From: an uncultured Lentisphaerales bacterium
Lineage (GTDB): Bacteria; Verrucomicrobiota; Lentisphaeria; JABSQK01; UBA12247
Length of the DNA: 64,000 nt
Direction: 5' to 3'
Assembly: GCA_943788985.1 (NCBI GenBank)
Contig: CALSSJ010000012.1
Coordinates: 160,001 to 224,000, forward strand
Notes under the pieces: generated by a model
Told to the model about the DNA's origin: nothing
The model's input: only the letters and a program-made list of their open reading frames with translations
The model's database searches: none
Shown: one piece after another, positions 27,834-37,170 of the stretch
Layout of the letters: every line of letters begins with the position of its first letter
Numbering within the stretch: position 1 is the stretch's first letter
Made by a program: the position numbers and the translations under genes

Positions 27834-29279
27834 ATGAAATACTTCCCTACCCGCATCGCCTTAGCTGTCTGCTTCGTCTGCGGCATCGCGTCCGCCGAGG
27901 CTACCAAGCCGAACGTGCTCTTCATCTTTGCCGATGATATGAGCTACGAAACCATTGGTGCTCACGGCATGCTGGATATCGATACGCCGCATCTCGACAC
28001 CTTGGTCGAACGCGGCGCGACCTTTACCCACGCTTACAACATGGGGGCCTGGGGCGGCGCGGTGTGCGTCGCCAGCCGCGCGATGCTTAACACCGGACGC
28101 TTCCTCTGGAACTCCCAGAAGACCGACTTGAAGAGCTACTGCGCAGACAATCTGATGTGGTCGCAGCGGATGAAGCAGGCTGGCTACCAGACCTACATGA
28201 CCGGAAAATGGCATGTACCTGTCAGCGCGCCGGGGATTTTTGATGTGGCTAAAAACGTGCGTGCTGGCATGCCGAAGGGGAGTGGCTATGACCGCCCGAA
28301 GGACGCGGCAGCCTATGCCGCGGGCTGGAAGCCCTGGGAAACGAAGTACGGGGGCTATTGGGCTGGCGGTAAGCACTGGAGCGAGGTCGTCGCGGACGAT
28401 AGCGTTGCATTTCTCGAACAGGCCGCAGATGATGACAAGCCCTTCTTCATGTACTTGGCCTTCAACGCGCCCCACGACCCACGCCAAGCGCCCAAGGATT
28501 ACATCGACCGCTATCCGCTCGAACGCATCAAGGTGCCGGAGAATTTTCTTGAAGAGTATCCCCACGCCGACGCTGGCTATGGCAAGCGCCTGCGCGACGA
28601 GCGGCTGATGCCCTATCCACGCACAGAGTTTGCCGTGAAGGTCAATCGCCAGGAATACTTCGCTCTCATCACCCACATGGACGTCCAGATCGGGCGTATC
28701 CTCGCTGCCTTGGAGACGTCCGGAAAAGCCGACAACACCTACATCGTCTTCACTGCTGATCACGGGCTTGCGGTTGGGCACCACGGCATGTCTGGCAAGC
28801 AGAACATGTACGACCACAGCGTGCGCGTCCCTTTCATGGTGGTCGGGCCCACCGTTAAGGCAGGCTCGAAAGTCGATGCACCGATCTACTTGCAGGATGT
28901 CATGGCCACCTCGCTGGAGTTGGCTGGTGGCTCTCAGGATGGTGTTGCCTTCAAGAGTCTACTGCCCATGCTGCAAGGGAAAAACACGGCGCACTACGAC
29001 ACCATTTACGGTGCCTACATGGGGCGGCAGCGCATGATCAGCAAAGACGGCTGGAAGCTGATCGTTTACCCCACGGTCGGTGCGAGCCGCCTGTTCAACC
29101 TCACGAAAGACTCTAACGAGATGGTGGATCTGGCTGGTAATCCAGAATACGCCACCAAACTCCAGCAGCTTACTGCTCAGTTGGAAACCATGATGGACGA
29201 GATGAACGACCCCATGTCTTCGCTCACCGCTGGTGACTTTCCCGAGGCAAGGCCTAAGAAAAAAGCAAAACACGAATGA
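27834..29279 (+). CDS. Formylglycine-dependent sulfatase (S1; CxAxR variant, choline-sulfatase-like), secreted
   Basis: Signal peptide; FIFADD, CVASRAMLNTG, GKWH, APHDP, ADHG, GKQNMY. Confidence 0.93.
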   Translation: MKYFPTRIALAVCFVCGIASAEATKPNVLFIFADDMSYETIGAHGMLDIDTPHLDTLVERGATFTHAYNMGAWGGAVCVASRAMLNTGRFLWNSQKTDLKSYCADNLMWSQRMKQAGYQTYMTGKWHVPVSAPGIFDVAKNVRAGMPKGSGYDRPKDAAAYAAGWKPWETKYGGYWAGGKHWSEVVADDSVAFLEQAADDDKPFFMYLAFNAPHDPRQAPKDYIDRYPLERIKVPENFLEEYPHADAGYGKRLRDERLMPYPRTEFAVKVNRQEYFALITHMDVQIGRILAALETSGKADNTYIVFTADHGLAVGHHGMSGKQNMYDHSVRVPFMVVGPTVKAGSKVDAPIYLQDVMATSLELAGGSQDGVAFKSLLPMLQGKNTAHYDTIYGAYMGRQRMISKDGWKLIVYPTVGASRLFNLTKDSNEMVDLAGNPEYATKLQQLTAQLETMMDEMNDPMSSLTAGDFPEARPKKKAKHE

Positions 29280-29477
29280 TAACGCCCTGGGAATGGTGAA
29301 GCCGCGAAAGAACGCAATGAACTAGGAAATAGGATGAATTGTGTGCAGCTTAATTTGGTCTTTGTGGTGGGCCTTGCGTGTGGGGGGGCACCGCGCTCGC
29401 TAGCGGTGCCTGCGCTGTGCTCAGCAGAACGAACCAAGTATCTCGACAATTGAATCAGGACCGCCAAGTATCTGAGC

Positions 29478-29506
29478 TTGCCATTCCAGGCGTATAGCAC
29501 TAGAAT
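29478..29506 (+). promoter_or_regulatory. Sigma70 promoter, probably producing a leaderless mRNA
   Basis: TTGCCA-N17-TAGAAT; ATG29514 lies 7 nt after the -10 box with no SD. Confidence 0.6.
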
Positions 29507-29513
29507 CATAGGT

Positions 29514-29939
29514 ATGAAGCAAACTCTCTCGATAAACCGCGCGCTCGCCGTGAGTGGCTGTGCCCTGATGCTGGTCGGACAACTGCTGGCGTCCATCACG
29601 TGTCTGTCCGTGTGCTCATTCCCGGCGACGGCCCGCTCGGCGTCGGATGCCGTGCCTTGCAGCTCCTGCTGCAGTGCCCCGGCCCCGCAAACATCGGCAA
29701 CCACTTCGACGCTGACGCCCTGTAAGGATTGCCCGATGCCGTGCTGTGTGAACACGGACCAAGAGCAATTGAATGCGGCGCTTCAGAACCACCGCGTTGC
29801 CAGTCCGGCAGTGGTCACGCTCTCGACGAAAGTACGTTGGGCTGGCCCGCAGCCCAAGGTTCGGACGAGTCCCCAATTCTTGCCCCCCGCCTCGCCGCCC
29901 CCTCCGCTCTACCGAATGCACTGCGCCCTGTTGACCTGA
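29514..29939 (+). CDS. Small Cys-rich, Pro-rich-tailed protein (DUF2946-like leader)
   Basis: N-terminal hydrophobic segment, CSSCC, CKDCPMPCC, C-terminal PPASPPPPLYRMHCALLT. Confidence 0.65.
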   Translation: MKQTLSINRALAVSGCALMLVGQLLASITCLSVCSFPATARSASDAVPCSSCCSAPAPQTSATTSTLTPCKDCPMPCCVNTDQEQLNAALQNHRVASPAVVTLSTKVRWAGPQPKVRTSPQFLPPASPPPPLYRMHCALLT

Positions 29940-30007
29940 TAGCCGGATGCCTCGCTCGCATCCCGTCCCCCCGAACGCTATCCGCTATCAATCAACAGGA
30001 GAGCCGC

Positions 30008-31543
30008 ATGTCCTCATCCAATCTTCTGGACCTACAATCTGAGTCGCCCAGCCGGCCCGCTCCGCGGCCGCGCATTCGTTGGTGGTCCCGAGTCCTCGTC
30101 CCAGCTATTCTTTTTCTTAGTGTCGCACTGCTGCTCATTGCCGCGACTTGGCAACACTTTGTACCTGCGCAAGCCGTCCGCGTCGAGACGGCGATTGCCA
30201 AGCAGGTCGGTGACCGCGCCCGGGCCAGTTCTGTGGTGCAGGCCGCGGGCTGGCTAGAGGCGTTTCCCTACCAGACGCATATCACCGCCCTGGCCGATGG
30301 CGTTGCCAAGGAAATTTTCGTGCTCGAAGGCGACTCTGTAAAAGCCGGTCAAGCCGTCGCCCAGCTGGATCCCGCGGACGCTGAGTTTGCTGTGCGTAAA
30401 TCCCGGGCCGAACTCGCTGCTCGCAAGGCCTCGCTGCAGAAGGCCAGCGTCCGTTTAGAGGCTGCTCGCCAGACGTGGGAGCATCCCGTCGCTCTGGAAC
30501 AAGCCAAGGCAAGCAGCGCCGCAAGTGTTCGCGAGCAGCAGTCGATGATTGCCGAGATGGAAGCGCGTATTGCCGAACAGATCGCTGTCATGAATCAGGC
30601 AAAACGCGATGCGGAACGCGTTAAGGGCATGGTGGCAGACGACGTTGTGAGTGCGCAGAATGGCGAGCAAGCACAGGCAATATTCGCCGCAGAACGCGCC
30701 GGTTTGGATGCCTTGACGCGTAGCCTAGCGGCCGCCAACGACCGGGTCGAGCGCCTTGCTATTGACCACACAGCCGCGACCGAAAACCTGGAGTTGCGCA
30801 TCTTGGATCGCCAGGAAGTCGATGAAGCCAAAGCCGAACTTAGCCAAGCCGAGGCAGCCGTGGTCCTGGCCGAAGCGGAACTGGCCGATGCTGATCTCCA
30901 GCTCCGGCGGATGACGATTCTATCCCCAATCGACGGGGTCGTAGTCACCCGTCATAAATCCCCGGGGGACAAGGTGATGCGCCACATGGACCACCCGCGT
31001 TCGGCGACCATAGTAAGTCTCTACGATCCCGCGCAGCTGCAGGTTCGCGTCGACGTGCCGCTGGCTGATGCCGGGCAGATTGGCGTCGGCCAAGACTGTG
31101 AGATCACCACCGACGTGATGCCCAACCGCAGCTTCGCGGGCAAGGTCGTGCGCATTCTCCACGAGGCAGACATCCAGAAGAACACGCTCCAGGCCAAGGT
31201 CGCCATCGCCGAGCCCAGCCCGGAATTGCGCCCTGAAATGCTCTGCCGCATTCGCTTCCTCGCTCAGGCAGCGTCAGAGAACGAACCCGCGACGATCCAC
31301 ATCCGGACCTTCGTTCCCCAGCGCGCTATCGCCAATGGCCAGGTCTGGCTGGCCCAGATGACGACTGACCGCTTCGCCACCGTGAACCCCGTTTCGGCCA
31401 CGGGAGGCTTGGAGTTGGAGGGCTGGCGCGTCGTCGATGGCGTCCACGCCGGCGCCTTGGTTATCGTCGATCCCCCCTCCGATCTCGAAGCTGGGCAACG
31501 GGTTCGCGTCATTGACTCCTCTGGCATCACGAGGCAGCCATGA
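30008..31543 (+). CDS. Efflux membrane fusion protein (MacA/HlyD-like periplasmic adaptor)
   Basis: AGGAG RBS, TM anchor, V.EGD.VKAGQ lipoyl half, long coiled coil, I.SPIDGVV, LRPEM. Confidence 0.9.
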   Translation: MSSSNLLDLQSESPSRPAPRPRIRWWSRVLVPAILFLSVALLLIAATWQHFVPAQAVRVETAIAKQVGDRARASSVVQAAGWLEAFPYQTHITALADGVAKEIFVLEGDSVKAGQAVAQLDPADAEFAVRKSRAELAARKASLQKASVRLEAARQTWEHPVALEQAKASSAASVREQQSMIAEMEARIAEQIAVMNQAKRDAERVKGMVADDVVSAQNGEQAQAIFAAERAGLDALTRSLAAANDRVERLAIDHTAATENLELRILDRQEVDEAKAELSQAEAAVVLAEAELADADLQLRRMTILSPIDGVVVTRHKSPGDKVMRHMDHPRSATIVSLYDPAQLQVRVDVPLADAGQIGVGQDCEITTDVMPNRSFAGKVVRILHEADIQKNTLQAKVAIAEPSPELRPEMLCRIRFLAQAASENEPATIHIRTFVPQRAIANGQVWLAQMTTDRFATVNPVSATGGLELEGWRVVDGVHAGALVIVDPPSDLEAGQRVRVIDSSGITRQP

Positions 31544-32241
31544 GCTTCATACTCTGTCGCGACATTCGTCGTATCTATCGCCGCGGTGACGCGGAGATCA
31601 AGCCACTAGACGGCCTCAGCCTCGACGTCCAAAAGGGCGAGTTTTTGGCCCTAATGGGGCCGAGCGGGAGCGGCAAGACGACGCTGCTCAACCTCATCGC
31701 CGGGATCGACCAGCCCACCTCCGGGCAGCTGATCATCGACGGCAATGACATCTCCACGCTCTCTGCTGGCAAGCTGGCACGCTGGCGCTCGTCCTACATC
31801 GGTTACGTGTTTCAACTCTACAACCTCATTCCCGTGCTGACCGCCTACGAAAATGTGGAAGTGCCGCTGCTGCTTCAGTCGCTCAGCAAGCGCGAACGCC
31901 ACGAACGCGTCGCGGCTGCGCTGGACCTGACAAACATCGCCGACCGTCACGATCACTATCCTCGCCAGCTATCCGGCGGCCAGGAGCAGCGTGTGGCCAT
32001 CGCTCGGGCGCTGGTCACGGATCCGCAGATCATCGTCGCCGACGAGCCGACCGGCGACCTGGATCGCGAGTCGGCCGCCGCCATCATGCAGTTGCTGCAG
32101 CGACTCAATCGCGAGCTGGGGCGGACGCTGATCATGGTGACGCATGACGAGAAGGCGACCCGCTTCGCCACCCGCACCCTGCATCTGGACAAGGGGCTGC
32201 TGGTGGAGTCAGCCGCCGGAGCCATGGCAGACGAGGACTAA
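31540..32241 (+). CDS. ABC transporter ATP-binding protein (LolD/MacB type)
   Basis: GPSGSGKTT, LSGGQEQR, ADEPTG, VTHD. Confidence 0.95.
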   Translation: MSFILCRDIRRIYRRGDAEIKPLDGLSLDVQKGEFLALMGPSGSGKTTLLNLIAGIDQPTSGQLIIDGNDISTLSAGKLARWRSSYIGYVFQLYNLIPVLTAYENVEVPLLLQSLSKRERHERVAAALDLTNIADRHDHYPRQLSGGQEQRVAIARALVTDPQIIVADEPTGDLDRESAAAIMQLLQRLNRELGRTLIMVTHDEKATRFATRTLHLDKGLLVESAAGAMADED

Positions 32242-32242
32242 G

Positions 32243-33391
32243 ATGTTAAAGCCCAGATACCTGCCATTTGTCGTCAAACACATAACCCGACACCGCTGGC
32301 GCAGTGCCCTGACCGTGCTCGGAGTGGGCACCGCGATGTTTCTATTCTGCGGCGTCCGGGCAATGCACGAAGGCGTGCAAGAGGCGACCGTTTCCAGCGC
32401 CGGCGAAACCACCCTCGTGGTTTACCGCGAGAACCGCTTCTGCCCCTTCACCAGTAAGCTCCCGCAGGACTACGGCCGCCAAATCGCAAAGCTGCCAGGC
32501 GTCGATTCCGTGGTCCCGATGAAGATCATGGTCGGCAACTGCCGGGCATCGCTGGACGTCATCACCTTTCGCGGGGTACCGCCGGCTGACTTCAACAGTG
32601 TTGCCGCTAACTTTCAGGTCGTCGATGGCTCGGTGGCCGAGTGGCGAAAGCGAAGCGACGCCGCCTTGATCGGTCTTCGCGCTGCGACTCGACGCGGATT
32701 GCGCGTGGGCGATCGACTCGAGATCGCGGGGATCACCATCACCATCGCCGGCATCGTCGAATCCGACCGGCCACAGGATCAGGACTCGGCCTTTACCCAT
32801 CTGGATTTTCTGCAGCGGAGTTCCGGCGCCGGGCTTGGCGAGGTCACTCAGTTCAATGTTAGTGTCAGCGACCCGCAGCAATTGGACGAGGTCGCCCGAC
32901 GCATCGATGCGTTCTTCGCAACTGCCCAGGATCCGACGGCCACATGGAGTGAAAAAGCGTTCACGGCGCGCGCTGTGACCGACATTATTGAGCTGGTGAG
33001 TTTTGCTGCCTGGCTCGGCTGGGGTGCACTTGTTGCGGTCTTCGCACTGGCCGCCAACGCCATCATCCTGAGCGTCCAAGAACGCGTGCGCGATCACGCC
33101 GTGCTACAGACCCTCGGTTTCGGAACCGGGCTTATCGCGCGGCTGATTGTCGTCGAGAGCGCGTTGCTGAGCCTGCTGGGTGGGGCGATCGGAATCGCGG
33201 CCGCCGCGGCCGTGTTGCATTGGGGGCGTTTTTCCCTGTCTGTCGAAGGCCAGAGCGTGCAGGCCAACACGAATCCAGAGACCATTGTCCTTGGCCTTGT
33301 CTACTGCCTGCTGCTGGGAATCGGCGCCGGGCTCTTTCCCGCCTGGCAGGCAAGCCGTCGCGACATCGTTACCTGTTTTCGGGCGGTATAA
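32243..33391 (+). CDS. ABC transporter permease (FtsX/MacB type) 1
   Basis: RSALT.LG TM1, periplasmic domain containing RFCP and NCR, ER.RD..VL..LGF, C-terminal PAWQASR. Confidence 0.9.
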   Translation: MLKPRYLPFVVKHITRHRWRSALTVLGVGTAMFLFCGVRAMHEGVQEATVSSAGETTLVVYRENRFCPFTSKLPQDYGRQIAKLPGVDSVVPMKIMVGNCRASLDVITFRGVPPADFNSVAANFQVVDGSVAEWRKRSDAALIGLRAATRRGLRVGDRLEIAGITITIAGIVESDRPQDQDSAFTHLDFLQRSSGAGLGEVTQFNVSVSDPQQLDEVARRIDAFFATAQDPTATWSEKAFTARAVTDIIELVSFAAWLGWGALVAVFALAANAIILSVQERVRDHAVLQTLGFGTGLIARLIVVESALLSLLGGAIGIAAAAAVLHWGRFSLSVEGQSVQANTNPETIVLGLVYCLLLGIGAGLFPAWQASRRDIVTCFRAV

Positions 33392-33392
33392 G

Positions 33393-34553
33393 GTGCGCAT
33401 TCTCCCCTACGACTATGCCGTTCGCAACCTTGGCCGGGCACCCTTGCGCCTTGTGGCCACGGTCGGCGGCTGCACCATGGTGGTGCTGATCATGATGGCT
33501 GCCACCGCCTTTGTGCAGGGCATGCGCCGATCGCTGACCCCCAACTTGCAGAGCCGCAATGTGCTCTTGCTCAGCGCCGGTAGCGAAGAAAGCCTTGAGC
33601 GCAGCCAGATTAGCGCGGCCATACCGGGCCACGTGCGGGCCTCAGTCACCGGCATCAAGCAGCGGCTTGGCGAGCCCTTCATCTCACCTGAGATCCATCT
33701 CGCGCTGATTGTTTCTCGACCGCAGCAAAGCGAAGAGCTACGGGCGATCGTTCGTGGTGTCGACACCGGCGCCTTTCTCGTCCATTCCCGCGTGCAGTTG
33801 ACCGCTGGCCGCCCGCCGCAGCACGGGCACAACGAACTGCTCGTTGGCGCCCTCGCCGCGGAAAAGCTCAATATCCCGGAAGCCGACCTTGCCATCGGCA
33901 AGTCGCTCATCGTCGAGGGCAACCCTTGGACCATCGTGGGCCGATTTGCCGCGCCAGGGACGGTGATGGATGCGGAGATTTGGACAAGCTACACCGATCT
34001 TCAGGTCGCCACGCAGCGCAACAGCCTGTCCTGTATCGTTATGACACTGGATGAGGCAGAGCTGGCCGACCTTGCCGCCTGGACCGCGGTGCGATTGGAT
34101 TTGGAGCTTGTTGCCATGAGTGAAGGCGAGTATTACGCGTCCCTGCGGCAATTCTACGGACCGGTGCGCGCCATGATCTGGGTGACAGCTTTGCTGATGG
34201 CCCTGGCCGGTATTCTTGGCGGGCTCAACACGCTATTTGCAGCCTTTGCGGCGCGAACACGCGAGCTCGGCATGCTGCAAGCGCTCGGCTACTCGCGCGG
34301 TGCGATTCTGCTGAGCCTGCTGCAGGAGTCTATGCTGGCTGGAGCCGCAGGCGCCTTGATCGGAGCGCTCATTTCCTACTTTTTATTGCATGGCAACGCT
34401 GTACGTTTTTCTATGGGCGTGTTTGAGTTGCAGGTCGACGCGGTCACAGTCTTTATCGGCATGCTCAGCGGTCTCGCGCTTGGCTTTATCGGCGCCCTGC
34501 CGCCAGCCTTTCGCTGTCTGCGGGAACCCATTCCCAGCGCCTTGCGCACCTGA
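33393..34553 (+). CDS. ABC transporter permease (FtsX/MacB type) 2
   Basis: GTG start 1 nt after the previous stop; YAVRNL.R, GSEESLERS, RTRELGMLQALG, PPA.R.LR. Confidence 0.88.
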   Translation: MRILPYDYAVRNLGRAPLRLVATVGGCTMVVLIMMAATAFVQGMRRSLTPNLQSRNVLLLSAGSEESLERSQISAAIPGHVRASVTGIKQRLGEPFISPEIHLALIVSRPQQSEELRAIVRGVDTGAFLVHSRVQLTAGRPPQHGHNELLVGALAAEKLNIPEADLAIGKSLIVEGNPWTIVGRFAAPGTVMDAEIWTSYTDLQVATQRNSLSCIVMTLDEAELADLAAWTAVRLDLELVAMSEGEYYASLRQFYGPVRAMIWVTALLMALAGILGGLNTLFAAFAARTRELGMLQALGYSRGAILLSLLQESMLAGAAGALIGALISYFLLHGNAVRFSMGVFELQVDAVTVFIGMLSGLALGFIGALPPAFRCLREPIPSALRT

Positions 34554-34589
34554 TTTTTCTTCACCCCAACCCCACCCACAGAGATTCCC

Positions 34590-35099
34590 ATGATGAAAAT
34601 TCGCCACCTCCTCGCCCTCGCAGTCCTCGCCGCCATTGTCACTGGCTGCGGCAAGAAAGAGTCAGCCGCGACACCTATGCCTGCGGTCAGCCTGATCCCT
34701 GAGGCGCTCATTGTCAGCAGCATCGCAGGAACCGCAGTCACGCCAACGGCCGCCAAAATCACGGCCAAAGCCGGGGACGCCATTGTGCTCACCGGGCACA
34801 TCGCTGGCCGCGCCCAGCCCTTTGTTGCCGGTCGCGCCATCTTCACCTTGGTCGATACGAAATTGCCACAATGTACGGATGGGTGCAGTGCCCCATGGGA
34901 CCTCTGCTGCGAAGAAGCTGCGGATATCGCAGCCGCTGCCGCCACCGTCCAGGTCGTCGATGCCGAAGGCAACCCGCTAAAGCAGTCCTTAGAAGGTCCA
35001 CTCAAGCCTGGCCAGACCATCGCCGTGTCCGGCAAAGTAAAGCAAAACGACGGCATAATCTTCGTCATCAGCGCCGACCAGATCGCCGTGTTGAAGTAG
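34590..35099 (+). CDS. Lipoprotein with CxxxCxxPWDxCC motif
   Basis: Lipobox IVTGC; CTDGCSAPWDLCCE; beta-rich, OB-fold-like ends. Confidence 0.8.
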   Translation: MMKIRHLLALAVLAAIVTGCGKKESAATPMPAVSLIPEALIVSSIAGTAVTPTAAKITAKAGDAIVLTGHIAGRAQPFVAGRAIFTLVDTKLPQCTDGCSAPWDLCCEEAADIAAAAATVQVVDAEGNPLKQSLEGPLKPGQTIAVSGKVKQNDGIIFVISADQIAVLK

Positions 35100-35363
35100 T
35101 TTTCAGTAATCAGTGGACCGGGAATGAAGCTACCCGGAAGGGGGGATGTCGTATAGCCGGGGTTGTCGCTCCGTGTCAGCCATAGATAGGGCATGGCTTG
35201 GCAGCTGCCTTTTTAGTTTTTTTCCTTTTTTGCAGAATAACGGGCGAAAACTAGACAGATAGAAAACCTGCTTCAGTGTCTGTTTTTTATGAATACGGAG
35301 CTGGCACCAACTGCTAGTTCCAATGATCCACAGAGTTTGCAATAGAATCCCCCGTTGGGCACG

Positions 35364-37166
35364 ATGACAGATCCTACAGACGCACCGGCTGACTACCGAT
35401 TTCAGGTCAATCTGAAGGACCTAATCGGGATCTTATCACACCATCTCTACTCTACCCACGACGTGTTTCTGCGTGAACTCACGCAGAACTGCTGCGACGC
35501 CATCAGCGCCCGACGGCGCGTCGACGCAGAGTTCGAGCCTCTGATTGAATTCGAACTGCTCGAGGGAGGCGACACGCCGACGTTGCTGGTGGCGGACAAT
35601 GGCTGCGGCCTAACCGCAGAGGAGATTCACGAGTTTCTGGCTACGATCGGAACCAGCAGCAAGCGGGAAGAAGCAGATTTCATCACGACACGGGCAGACT
35701 TTATTGGCCAGTTTGGTATCGGTCTTCTGTCCACCTTCATGGTGTGTGACGAGATCGTGCTGCTGACGCGCTCGCACAAGAGCGAGCAAGCTTATGAGTG
35801 GCGTGGGCACAGTGATGGCACCTATACACTCACGGAAAGCGACGCCGATCTCACGGTCGGCACGCGCGTGTTTCTCCGTGCGTCTGCGGACTCCGCAGAT
35901 TTGTTCACTGGCGATCAGATCCTAGAACGTTTACGCCACTATTGCAACTACCTGCCAACCCCCATCTTCCTCACCTGGGCTGACACACGGAAGCAAGTGA
36001 ATGAGGTGGCGCCCTGGTCGCGTACATGCCCTGCTGCAGATAGCGAAGCGGCGGCTGTCAAGCTGGCACAGCGTTGCTTTGGCGAGGGGCAGATTCTCGA
36101 TGTGTTTGCCATTGAAGGGGACTATGTCAGCGGCCACGCCTTCCTGATGCCCTTTCATATGATCGGCGGTGCCCGGCGTAACGCGGTATACATCCGCAAT
36201 ATGTTCATTGGCGCGAATCTAAATGACCTGATGCCTGATTGGGCCTGCCTGTTTGCGATCGTGCTTAACAGCGATCACCTGACGCCCTCAGCATCCCGTG
36301 AGGCGCTCTACGGTGACGAGCACCTCGCCGCTGCCCGCGAGGAGATCGAGCGCGCACTCAACGTCTACCTGCGCCGGCTCGCCAGCGATCGCCCCGCGGT
36401 CTTGACCGAGTTGATTCTGCAATACGAGCCACTGCTAAAGAATCTGGCCGCTCAAAATGATCACTTCCTGCAGTGTATCTTTGGCGTTCTTACTTTCGAG
36501 ACCAGTCGCGGTCGCCTGCCATTGAGCGAGGTGCTGGCCGATCCCGGCGGGGCTTCCTTCGTCACGGACGTGGATGAGTTTCATAAGCTGGTGCCAATCG
36601 CCTCGGCCTCTGGCCACGTCGTGATCAACGCTGGCTACGCTTTCGAGCCCGTCCTGATGAGCAAGCTTCATCTCCTGCATGGCCCCAAACTGCGCCCGAT
36701 GGACAGCGCAGCGCTGCTCGCCTGCCTCAAGGAAGTGAACGATCCAGAAGCCGCCGAGTGGGCGGAAACGCACGACCTACTCTCCCGCGTGCTGCGTATC
36801 TACGGCGTCCGCCCGCGTCTGGTGCGCTTTCAGCCAGACACCATCCCGATGCTCTATTTCCAGGGCGAGGCGCAACGGGAGGCACGGCGCATGCAGCACT
36901 TTGAGGAACAGGCGGATGACCTTTTCCAAAGCGTCCTGTCCGAATTGTCGCTTCCGCCAGATCCTAACGAACTGCTGGTGAACGTCGAGAATCCTCTAAT
37001 TCAGAACCTGCAAGCCTGTGGTGACACGGGCTTTGCCGAATCGGTGGCCAAGCTGCTCTATGTCCAATCCCTACTGCTGGGGCGATATCCTCTAGGCCAT
37101 CAGGAGTTGCTGCTTCTAAACGAGAACGTCGGTGCGTTGCTGCAGCGAACCTTGCTGGGAGACTGA
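35364..37166 (+). CDS. htpG: Divergent HSP90 family (HtpG-like) ATPase
   Basis: FQVNL, HLYS, FLRELTQN..DA, DNGCG, FIGQFGIG, GT, SRE motifs of the GHKL/HSP90 fold; middle and C-terminal regions diverge from canonical HtpG. Confidence 0.9.
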   Translation: MTDPTDAPADYRFQVNLKDLIGILSHHLYSTHDVFLRELTQNCCDAISARRRVDAEFEPLIEFELLEGGDTPTLLVADNGCGLTAEEIHEFLATIGTSSKREEADFITTRADFIGQFGIGLLSTFMVCDEIVLLTRSHKSEQAYEWRGHSDGTYTLTESDADLTVGTRVFLRASADSADLFTGDQILERLRHYCNYLPTPIFLTWADTRKQVNEVAPWSRTCPAADSEAAAVKLAQRCFGEGQILDVFAIEGDYVSGHAFLMPFHMIGGARRNAVYIRNMFIGANLNDLMPDWACLFAIVLNSDHLTPSASREALYGDEHLAAAREEIERALNVYLRRLASDRPAVLTELILQYEPLLKNLAAQNDHFLQCIFGVLTFETSRGRLPLSEVLADPGGASFVTDVDEFHKLVPIASASGHVVINAGYAFEPVLMSKLHLLHGPKLRPMDSAALLACLKEVNDPEAAEWAETHDLLSRVLRIYGVRPRLVRFQPDTIPMLYFQGEAQREARRMQHFEEQADDLFQSVLSELSLPPDPNELLVNVENPLIQNLQACGDTGFAESVAKLLYVQSLLLGRYPLGHQELLLLNENVGALLQRTLLGD

Positions 37167-37170
37167 ACCA

